A stretch of 64,000 bases of DNA, taken from Mycobacterium sp. (GTDB taxonomy: Bacteria; Actinomycetota; Actinomycetes; Mycobacteriales; Mycobacteriaceae). The position numbers and the translations under genes were made by a program. Shown here piece by piece: positions 45,193 through 53,100 of this stretch (positions are counted from its first letter, which is position 1; each line of letters starts with the position of its first letter). The notes beneath the pieces were generated by a model. The model had not been told where the DNA came from. It did not search any database and was given only the letters and a program-made list of their open reading frames with translations. The stretch is from NCBI GenBank assembly GCA_032159775.1, contig JAVHWK010000018.1; one strand, written 5' to 3'.

Positions 45193-46113
45193 TCAGACCG
45201 GGAAGGTGATGCCAGTCAGTTCCTCAGCTATCCCCCACAGTCGCTTCTGGACGGCCTCGTCGTAGGACTTAGCACTGGATTTAACTAGGGTAGGGAAACC
45301 CCGAAGTTCAAAAGGTCCATCCGGACCCCAATACTGGCCCCCACGCACCTGAGGATCAGTGGCCGCCAACAACTGAGGCAGCGCGCCCTTCGCGGGATCC
45401 TGGCCCACCAATGGGCCGAACCACCTCATCAGGGGCGCGACCGGCTTCCACACGTGGCGTATCAGCTCGGAATCGGTAAACCCGGGGTGGGCGGCAACCG
45501 CGATGGTCGGCACATCGGCGGTAGCCAACCGCCGCTGCAGTTCATAGCAGAACATCAGGTTGGCCAGCTTCGACTGAGCATAGGCAGCACCGCGGTTGTA
45601 CCGGCGCTCCCACTGCAGATCATCGAAATGTATTGCACCGCCGAGCTTGTGAGCGTTGCTGCTGACGACGACGATCCGTGAGCCATCGATGGAAACAAGA
45701 TTATCGAGCAGAAGCCCAGTGAGAGCGAAATGACCGAGATAGTTTGTGCCGAACTGCAATTCGAATCCGTCCAGTGTCACCCGCTTCGGAGGAACCATCA
45801 CTCCGGCGTTATTTATCAGCAGGTCGATGCGCGGATATGCGGCGCGCAAGTCCTCAACCGCTGCACGCACAGACCGCAGGCTTCCGAGGTCGAGCGGCTG
45901 AATAGAGACGTCGGCACGAGGCGCTGTATTCAGGATCCGGTCCCGTGCAGCTCTCCCCTTTTCTGTGTCGCGAACTGCGAGCACCACACAGGCTCCACGC
46001 TCCGCTAGAACCCGAGCGGTGTCGAAGCCGAGGCCGGTATTGGAGCCCGTGACGATCGCCACCCGCCCTGTCTGGTCGGGCACATCCGCCTCGGTCCACT
46101 TGCTTGCTGACAT
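45193..46113 (-). CDS. Short-chain dehydrogenase/reductase (retinol-dehydrogenase-like)
   Basis: ATG 46113 (MSASKWTEADVPDQTGRVAIVTGSNTGLGFDTA), NNAGVM and YAQSKLAN catalytic motif. The longer track ORF to 46299 is rejected. Confidence 0.8.
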   Translation of the reverse strand: MSASKWTEADVPDQTGRVAIVTGSNTGLGFDTARVLAERGACVVLAVRDTEKGRAARDRILNTAPRADVSIQPLDLGSLRSVRAAVEDLRAAYPRIDLLINNAGVMVPPKRVTLDGFELQFGTNYLGHFALTGLLLDNLVSIDGSRIVVVSSNAHKLGGAIHFDDLQWERRYNRGAAYAQSKLANLMFCYELQRRLATADVPTIAVAAHPGFTDSELIRHVWKPVAPLMRWFGPLVGQDPAKGALPQLLAATDPQVRGGQYWGPDGPFELRGFPTLVKSSAKSYDEAVQKRLWGIAEELTGITFPV

Positions 46114-46723
46114 GGGAGATGATCGCTCTCTGTCGTTGAGAGGCAAATATCCTCGTCGTTGACCCTTTCCGGTGGGCAGCGACGAATCGCCACCGCCGGG
46201 TTTCAGGTTGGGTGGTGGCTTATGCAACGTCAACGATGTGGCAGGAAGTTGAAAGGCCAGCTCTGGCGCTGTCCGGGACTCCCTTCGCACGCAAGCCATT
46301 TGAACAGGCGGTTTGCCGATTAGTCGAGCCAGAAGTTTCTCATCGTGATAAGACGAGTTTGCAGAGAGCTGGAGAAGCGCTCACTTTGATGGGTTAAGAC
46401 GGGGATGGTTGGCATCACGACGTAAGCATCTGACTTCCGTTGCAGCCGGCCCCATTTGAGTCTCCCGGTTCATACCAAGGGTGAGCCGAATGAGTGCCGA
46501 TTGTTCAAGCCTCGAGGGTCGCGCGGGAATCGTGTTCTTCAAATTAATCGCAAGTACTTGATACCATGACGCGAGGAAGCGATGATTACGCGTCAGATGT
46601 GGGCTGCCGCGCCCATTTAGGAATAGGTAACATGTTGCTAGGTAACAACTCTCGGCTCGCCGTGATTCGATCCGATCGGCGTTTAGGCGGGAAGCCCACC
46701 CATGTGGCATCGTCTTCACCGTC

Positions 46724-47782
46724 GTGATTAGCGTGATAAGGGCGGTTGAAGGACCTCCGACCCTTCCGCCGGGTAGCACGGTCACTGTCGGACGATCTAC
46801 GTTGGCAATTCCTTTCGGAACAGGGCACGTCGTGCCTGCGAACTGGTACTTCCCGAGCGGACCCCAAACACCCACTCGGCTGATCTACCTACAACACGGC
46901 TTCCTCGCCAGCGCCCCGCTCTACAGCTACACAGCGGCAGTGCTCGCCCAGCAGACCAATAGCGTCGTTATCACCCCGTCGTTGACGTCGAATCTCTTCG
47001 CCAGCGACGCCGCCTGGTTGGGCGAGATGACGTTGCAACGCGCGGTGGCCGACCTGTTCGCGGGTAGCCGGGCGCCACTCACCGCCAGCGCGACCTTCGC
47101 GGCGGGAAGCTCCGTGACGCTGCCGCAACGCTTCGTGCTCGCCGGCCATTCCATGGGCGGTGGCCTCGTCGCAGCCGCCGCCGGTTTCTGCGTCGACAAC
47201 GGAGCAATCACGGATCTGGCCGGCGTGATGCTGTTCGACGCGGTCTCGCTTAACAACGCACTGCCGACAGCTCTGGCAAAGCTCACTGGCGTCAACAACC
47301 GACCGGTGCTGCTGATTACCGAACCCAAGCACTTTTGGAACCAGCTCGGCGATGTCAGCGGCTACTTGGTCCAGGCGCGACCCAACCAGTTCGTGGGAGT
47401 TTCGCTAGTCGGAGGTTCGCACATCGATGCGATGCAAAGCGGAAACGTTCTGATTCAGAAGGCAGCACAACTGTTTACTGGCTTCTCGCTTCCGCAAAAC
47501 GTCGAAGCAATACAGACAATCTCCGCCGGATGGATCAACGACATGTTCGCGGGCACCCGCGAAGGCATCTACGGTGCGCCCGGGACGCCGATCCAGATTT
47601 CAACCAGTGCTGGGACTGCTACTGCCTTCGTACTTCCGGCGCCACCCAATCGCACGTCGCCCGCAAGTGTGCTGCTGCAAACGGTCCTTGATGCCGCGCC
47701 CCGTGCGTTCTTCAGCTACGCGCCGCGTCTCTGGGCATCTCGCCGGAACGCCGCGGTGCTCCGCGCGACCAAGCGCGACTAG
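46724..47782 (+). CDS. Alpha/beta-fold hydrolase (lipase-like), GTG start, no recognisable signal peptide; possibly 5'-truncated
   Basis: LIYLQHGFLA and LAGHSMGGGLV motifs; 352 aa; preceded by 600 bp of A+T-richer non-coding DNA. Confidence 0.65.
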   Translation: MISVIRAVEGPPTLPPGSTVTVGRSTLAIPFGTGHVVPANWYFPSGPQTPTRLIYLQHGFLASAPLYSYTAAVLAQQTNSVVITPSLTSNLFASDAAWLGEMTLQRAVADLFAGSRAPLTASATFAAGSSVTLPQRFVLAGHSMGGGLVAAAAGFCVDNGAITDLAGVMLFDAVSLNNALPTALAKLTGVNNRPVLLITEPKHFWNQLGDVSGYLVQARPNQFVGVSLVGGSHIDAMQSGNVLIQKAAQLFTGFSLPQNVEAIQTISAGWINDMFAGTREGIYGAPGTPIQISTSAGTATAFVLPAPPNRTSPASVLLQTVLDAAPRAFFSYAPRLWASRRNAAVLRATKRD

Positions 47783-47852
47783 GGCGATTAGGCGGCTTCC
47801 TAGGGCAGTTCGGATACGTGCGCCGACTTGCCCTACCGGCAGACGGGCGCTA

Positions 47853-47996
47853 TGGCTGCCGGGGCTCGGATCCAATCCGCATTAGTCGGCTCGCTGGTGC
47901 ATCGAGTCCAGCCTCTTTCGTCATCTGCTCTTCGATCGACACACGCACGTAGCCTTGCCGACCGATTTTTAAGAACGGGCGAGCCGCTTCCGACGA
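47853..47996 (-). pseudogene. 48-codon stop-to-stop remnant carrying a serine-recombinase catalytic N-terminal motif
   Basis: My translation reads SSEAARPFLKIGRQGYVRVSIEEQMTKEAGLDAPASRLMRIGSEPRQP. GYVRVS(I)EEQ...LD matches the resolvase/invertase Y-x-R-V-S-(T/S)-x-x-Q motif. There is no start codon and no downstream domain. Confidence 0.3.
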
Positions 47997-48203
47997 CTAG
48001 GCGAAACCGTTCGCTGCGGATCCTAAAACAGACTGCAGCAGAACGTAATCCGCCGTTGCCGGTACGCCCTCGGTACGACGTCGGTACGGCCTAGAATCGC
48101 ACCCGGACGCCGCGTTGACGCCGCGACGAGACGCACGGCCGGCCCGTTAGCTCGCCGCGAGGTCACCTCGGCGCAGCACCTCCGCGCGTGCTGACCTCGG
48201 TAG

Positions 48204-49775
48204 CTATTTATCTCCGACGTTGGCCGGGGCGAGGCGCGCCATCCCGCGAAGTATCCACGGTGTTCGCTTTGCCATCACCGCTATAGCGCGGTCCGACCGG
48301 AGCATCGCCGTACGTGGTCCAGGGGTCGACGTTGACGCCAGTTCCGCCTCGGCCGATCCCACCCGCGCGCCGTAAGGATCGACTGCTAAGAGTTGCCAGC
48401 TGCCGGGCACGCCGCGCAACTCGACGCTGCCGCGGTCCTCGAACCCCGTGCCCGAGCCGACAACCAGGTCGCAGACTGTGCGGGACACGAGGATTTCGCC
48501 GGCTCCCGCCTGACCAAGGATCCGCGCCGCGATGTGCACTGCGATCCCGCCGATGTCGGTGTCCAGTAGTTCGCACTCGCCGGTATGGATGCCCACACGG
48601 ATCTCGAGGCCCAGTGTTTCGGCGTCGGCGCGTAAGGCCTCGGCGCAACGGATGGCCTGTGTCGGGCCGTCGAACGTGATGAGGTGCCCGTCACCCGTGC
48701 CCTTCACCACCGTGCCGCCAAAACGTTCCGCGAGTCCGGCTGTGATCTCACCGAAGCGCTGGAGCATCGCCCGCCACCGCTCGTCGCCCGTCGCGGCGGC
48801 ACGTTCCGTCGACGCGACGATATCGGTGAACAACACGGTGCGCAGGGCGCGATGTGCCTGCAGCGGTGGCGCATGGCTGCCGGTGAGGAACTCCTCAATC
48901 CCGGTCAGAATCCTGTCGGGATCGGTGAACTGGGGCGCGTGGTCGACGCCTTCGACCTCGAGCAACCGCGCGCCAGGGATGTGGTCAGCGAGGTACCGGC
49001 CTAACTGCACCGGGGCGGCGGGGTCGTCGCGGGCATGGATGACAAGGGTTGGCACGGTGATTGTCGGCAGGATCGGCCGGACGTCGATTTGGAACATCGC
49101 TGCGAGGGTCGCCCGAGCCATCCCCGGGCTTGCGCTCATGCGCTCCAACATTCCCAGCTGGCGTATCGACCGGACCGACGGCATTACACACTTGAGTGCC
49201 GAACCGCTGCCCCACGCCGAGCGGACGGCGAGGCCGAATTCCTGCATGCGGACAATCTGCTCCGTCGACGGCGTGTAATCCTCACCGAGCTCCGGTAGAA
49301 CGCGCGCCCGCACCTCGTCCGCATCGCGCTCGATGTCGTCCCACCCGACTGGCATAACTGAGAACGTGCTGGCGAGGACCAACGCCCGCGTTCGCTCTGG
49401 TCGACTTGCCGCGAAGACGATGGCGGCTGGGCCACCCTCGCTCAGCGCGAAGAGGACAGCCGTTCCGAAGCCGACGGCATCCATGACGGCCTCGATCTCG
49501 GCTGCTCGATCATCCAGCGAGCGAACTCGCGGGACCGGGTCGGACAGCCCGACCCCGGCCTTATCGAATACGAGGACACGACAAAACGTTGCGAGCTGAT
49601 CGAAGAACGCCTTGAATTCGGGCTGGGTCCAGAACAACTCCACGTGGGTGGCGAACGGCCCGGCGATTACCAGGTCGATGGGCCCCTCGCCGAACACCTG
49701 ATAGGCGAGGCTGAGATCGCCGCACGACGCGTACGACGTTTCCGGCACGGCAGTCAGCGTACTGCTGCCGGGCAC
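48204..49775 (-). CDS. Alpha/beta hydrolase fused to a class III adenylate/guanylate cyclase catalytic domain (LipJ/Rv1900c-like architecture)
   Basis: N-terminal hydrolase fold (VLVFDKAGVGLSDP, LSEGG). C-terminal CHD domain (RTVLFTDIVASTE...GTVVKGTGDGHLITF...IRVGIHTGECE...GIAVHIAARI). Confidence 0.85.
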   Translation of the reverse strand: MPGSSTLTAVPETSYASCGDLSLAYQVFGEGPIDLVIAGPFATHVELFWTQPEFKAFFDQLATFCRVLVFDKAGVGLSDPVPRVRSLDDRAAEIEAVMDAVGFGTAVLFALSEGGPAAIVFAASRPERTRALVLASTFSVMPVGWDDIERDADEVRARVLPELGEDYTPSTEQIVRMQEFGLAVRSAWGSGSALKCVMPSVRSIRQLGMLERMSASPGMARATLAAMFQIDVRPILPTITVPTLVIHARDDPAAPVQLGRYLADHIPGARLLEVEGVDHAPQFTDPDRILTGIEEFLTGSHAPPLQAHRALRTVLFTDIVASTERAAATGDERWRAMLQRFGEITAGLAERFGGTVVKGTGDGHLITFDGPTQAIRCAEALRADAETLGLEIRVGIHTGECELLDTDIGGIAVHIAARILGQAGAGEILVSRTVCDLVVGSGTGFEDRGSVELRGVPGSWQLLAVDPYGARVGSAEAELASTSTPGPRTAMLRSDRAIAVMAKRTPWILRGMARLAPANVGDK

Positions 49776-50043
49776 TACGACTCCCGGCTTTGGCGCAGGT
49801 CCGTGGCCGCACTTGTAGAAGACATGTTGACACTCTTCGAGCGGTCAACGACGACAGCTGGAGGCCCAGGAGAAACCGTGGCATGGCCGAATCGAACCCA
49901 CGGCGTGCTCATCTGACTTTGGCGCCCCCCCGGGTTCAGGTCCGCCACGTCGGTGTCAAAGACCGGATGCGTTTTGAGGCTCAACCCAGGAGGTCGATTG
50001 TTGGAGGAGGTGGCATTTTCTAGTGGAGCTCACCAAACGTTGA

Positions 50044-51032
50044 CTAACCCGACTGCGGCCCCAACGGCACGACCTTCCCACCCGCTTCGGCGGACGTCAC
50101 CGGGGCTGTTGGTTCGGGCAGGTTGTTCACTGCGCCGCCGTCGCGCTCCGGTATGTAGTCGCCGTAGACGTCGAGCGTCAGCGTGAAAGTGCTGTGCCCG
50201 AGCCACTTTGATACCTGCATGAAATGCGTGCCCGCCGATAGCTGCAGAACCGCAAACGTATGCCGGAGGTCGTGTAGGCGTACGCCATGAACTGCAGGCG
50301 CATCCTTTGAGGCTCGACGGCTCGCCGGTAGCCCGACAGCCTCAAGGGCGGGCTTTAGGATCGTGTCGTAGAACGTCCCCATCGCGAGCGGCTGCGTCCA
50401 GTCCAGCGGGACCGCGTACCGCTCCCCCTTCGCCCTGTATCCCCCGCCGTTGTTGCGGCTCGGCCACAGCGGCGCGGTGGGCTCGTTCGCACGTGGGTGG
50501 TCGGTGCCGAGGTAGTCGGCTAGTTTCCTGGCCAGCCAGGGCGGCAGCGGGACGATGCGGCGAGACTTCTTGCTCTTGAGCGTGCCGACGACCCATGCCC
50601 CGTTCTTGCGGTCCTTGGTACGGCGTACGTTCGCCGCGCAGCGCGGCCCCGGCGCAAACACCAAATCCCCGACCTCCAGGCCGCTGACTTCCGCAGCGCG
50701 TAGACCCGTGTAGGCCATGAACTCCACCATGAGCGCGTACGCCGGGTACGCGGGCAGACCCGGCACCTCGCCACGGATAGCAGCGCACAGCCGGCCAACC
50801 TGCTCGGCGGTGACGGGTGGTGTTCGAAGCGGTCATGATCGCCGGTCGCGCGGCTCGCCGAGAAGTCCACGCGGTCGGTCGGGTTAGTCGCTATTGCGCC
50901 GTGGTGGACGGCGTACCGCAACACCCGCCGCAGTACGTCCCACACGTGTTTGACGGTGCCGGGGGTGAGCGGCTTTTTGTCGCCCTGGCGTGATGCCTTC
51001 CGACATTGTCTTCGTTTCGACGTCGCCGCCAT
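50044..51032 (-). pseudogene. Tyrosine recombinase/integrase, 5'-degraded and frameshifted (near 50813)
   Basis: The C-terminal ORF carries the catalytic motifs (GLRAAEV, HDLRHTFAV, WLGHSTFTLTLDVYGDY). The N-terminal ORF reads LTPGTVKHVWDVLRRVLRYAVHHGAIATNP. The frames join as ...HHP|TAEQVGRLCAAIRGEVPGLPAYPAYALMVEF only after a 1-nt correction. The core-binding/arm region upstream is absent or scrambled. Confidence 0.8.
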
Positions 51033-51178
51033 CTACGACCAGAACCGAGGGGTACTGAGCTGCGTTGCGCCGAGACACATGCATTCATAAGCCGCAGGCC
51101 GACGACAGACGAATGTCGGTGCGCTCAACTATCTTCCGGTTCTAGTGGGTCGTGGCTGGACATGATGGAGGTGGCGTA

Positions 51179-51859
51179 GTGAGCGAAGCGACAACAATGA
51201 GCGAGAAGCTCGAACGGAGACCCGTCCGTGTCGTCCTCTCGAATGGGGAGATCAGGTACGAAGTACGAGCAGCTGTCTACATCAACGCTAAGAGGAAACG
51301 TCTCAGACGGCGGTTCAGAACCGTTGTTGAGGCCGAAAAATTCAGGGCCGAAACGCCTGAATCAGATCGGGTGAGGCGCTACAAGATCAGAGATGAGCAG
51401 TACCGCAAGGCGGTCATGCAGTCTCGTTCAATTGCAGGGGCACTCAGGCTGTTAGGGGTCGCGCCAGAGGGCGGAAATTACCGCGTCCTGCACCGAGCCA
51501 TCGAGCGACTCGATCTCGATACGTCGCACTTTGCCGGGCAATCCTGGTCACGAGGCGCGACGGTTCCTAGCCGTGTGCGACCAATAGAAGACTATCTCTC
51601 CAACAAGTATCCAATTCAGTCTGATCGGTTGCGTCGACGACTCGTCAACGAAGGCGTCGTTGAGCGGAGGTGCTCCTGCTGCAAGCTCGATACCTGGATG
51701 GATCAGCCGATTCCTCTGGAGCTGGACCACATAGACGGCAATCATCAAAACAACGCGCTGGACAACCTTCGACTGCTATGCCCCAACTGTCACTCGCTTA
51801 CGCCGACCTTCAGAGGCAAGAACAAGAGGCCGGCCCCCACGTTAAACTCGGCTGCCTAG
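51179..51859 (+). CDS. HNH endonuclease with an AP2/integrase-arm-like N-terminal segment
   Basis: C-terminus CSCC...LELDHIDGNHQNNALDNLRLLCPNCH (HNH plus Zn-finger cysteines). Mid region LLGVAPEGGNYRVLHRAIERLDLDTSHF. N-terminus GEIRYEVRAAVYINAKRKRLRRRFRTVVEAEKFRAE. GTG 51179 has a GGAGGTGG SD; the track start is 51152. Confidence 0.8.
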   Translation: MSEATTMSEKLERRPVRVVLSNGEIRYEVRAAVYINAKRKRLRRRFRTVVEAEKFRAETPESDRVRRYKIRDEQYRKAVMQSRSIAGALRLLGVAPEGGNYRVLHRAIERLDLDTSHFAGQSWSRGATVPSRVRPIEDYLSNKYPIQSDRLRRRLVNEGVVERRCSCCKLDTWMDQPIPLELDHIDGNHQNNALDNLRLLCPNCHSLTPTFRGKNKRPAPTLNSAA

Positions 51860-51860
51860 A

Positions 51861-51939
51861 GGGGACGTAGCCTAATTGGCATCGGCGGGGCGCTTAAAAC
51901 GCCTGACATTTGTGGGTTCGAGTCCCACCGTCCCCACCA
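51861..51939 (+). tRNA. Atypical tRNA, anticodon TAA (would decode Leu UUA) but with a short 7-nt variable region; CCA encoded
   Basis: Hand-folded. The acceptor stem GGGGACG/CGTCCCC has 7 perfect bp. The D stem has 3 bp plus a T-C mismatch. The anticodon arm is GGGCG-CTTAAAA-CGCCT, with the anticodon at 51895-51897. The variable region is GACATTT, the T arm is GTGGG-TTCGAGT-CCCAC, and A73 plus CCA follow. It begins 1 nt after the HNH stop codon. Confidence 0.7.
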
Positions 51940-52192
51940 GAGTTCAAACCGGCGGGATTATGGCGTCGACTCGAGATCGATGATGACAGAGCTGGCGAGG
52001 CGTCCGCGCCCCCCAGACTCGGATGTCTGCTGCAGCGTCTGCCGAACGCCGATCAGAACATCAGCCGTTAAGCCTCGTCACGGCGGAATTTCCACTAACT
52101 TGGCAAACCGTTTACCGGTGCCCGAATTGCGCGCGTGACGTGCGTTCGGCGATCGCCCATATTCCTTAGGCCCGTCAACTAAGTTACGAAAA

Positions 52193-52861
52193 GTGGAACC
52201 GCCCCACAGTTATCTACGCGAACCGTCCGCGTCCGTAGTGCACCACGCGGACTATCTGAGCGCCAGGGATGGCCGCGCGCTCTGCGGTGTGGCGTTCCAG
52301 GAGGCGATCGCTCTGGTGGAGACAGACAGCGCCGACGCGCTCTGCCCCGACTGCGAGGCGCAGCTGGTCGTCTACCACCTCGAATGGTGGCGCTCGCGAG
52401 CCTTGGCGGCCACCGCGGAGCTCGATGCGCTGCGCGTCAAGTACTCCGAGCTCGTGCAGTCCGCCGATACCGACTCTGCGGACGTTACCGCAGCAGAAGT
52501 TGAGCAGGACCAGGCCGTCCAATCAGCCGCAACTGAGTCGAAGACGTTGCTGGACCATGCGCGACGGCAACTCGCCGAGCTCTGTGGCCAATTCGACAAG
52601 GCCGTCCCGTTCTATCGACTGAACAAGACCATGCAGGAATTCAGCGACAAGCTGAACGACGACGAGAGGGCGGCCCTCGCTCGGGAGATCGGGGCAGATA
52701 GCTCGCTCATCCGTTGGGCGACAACGGAAGTCGAATCTCTCGGATTGAGTGTCACGAACAACCGTGTCCAAGAGAACTCCGACATGATGTGGCAGGAGTG
52801 GCTTCAGGAGTCGCAGCAGGTTCCGACGAAGACCAAGCGGCGGTTTGGGCGGTCCCGATAG
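52193..52861 (+). CDS. Hypothetical protein (222 aa, acidic, coiled-coil-like, C-x20-CPDC motif), GTG start uncertain
   Basis: Long ORF with GC3-biased codons and no family recognised. Lies between the odd tRNA and the kdp promoter region. Confidence 0.5.
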   Translation: MEPPHSYLREPSASVVHHADYLSARDGRALCGVAFQEAIALVETDSADALCPDCEAQLVVYHLEWWRSRALAATAELDALRVKYSELVQSADTDSADVTAAEVEQDQAVQSAATESKTLLDHARRQLAELCGQFDKAVPFYRLNKTMQEFSDKLNDDERAALAREIGADSSLIRWATTEVESLGLSVTNNRVQENSDMMWQEWLQESQQVPTKTKRRFGRSR

Positions 52862-52920
52862 AACATCGGCGGCTGACAGACGATCCGGGGAGGAAAGTCG
52901 TTAAAGACCGCCGCTTGCCC

Positions 52921-52984
52921 GTCAAGAAAGCGTCAAGGCCGCCGTTTAGCCCCTGAACAGGACGTTTCATGGTCAAGGCCGCCG
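52921..52984 (+). promoter_or_regulatory. GTCAAG direct repeats upstream of the kdp operon (candidate KdpE site)
   Basis: GTCAAG occurs at 52921 and 52932 (11-bp spacing) and at 52972. The 13-mer GTCAAGGCCGCCG is repeated exactly at 52932-52944 and 52972-52984. Confidence 0.3.
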
Positions 52985-53016
52985 AAATCCGGCAGGCCGT
53001 AAACGACCGGAGCGAC

Positions 53017-53100
53017 ATGTCCGTCCTGCTTTACATCGTGCTGACGGTGGTGATCTTCGCGCTGCTCGGCTGGGTCCAGAAGTTGGTCGAGGGACTGTGA
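53017..53100 (+). CDS. Small hydrophobic peptide (27 aa, or 43 aa from ATG 52969) overlapping kdpF
   Basis: [27 protein letters not shown] forms a single TM. Its TGA (53098-53100) overlaps the GTG start of kdpF (53097). It is not in the ORF track because it is too short. Confidence 0.4.
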   Translation: MSVLLYIVLTVVIFALLGWVQKLVEGL

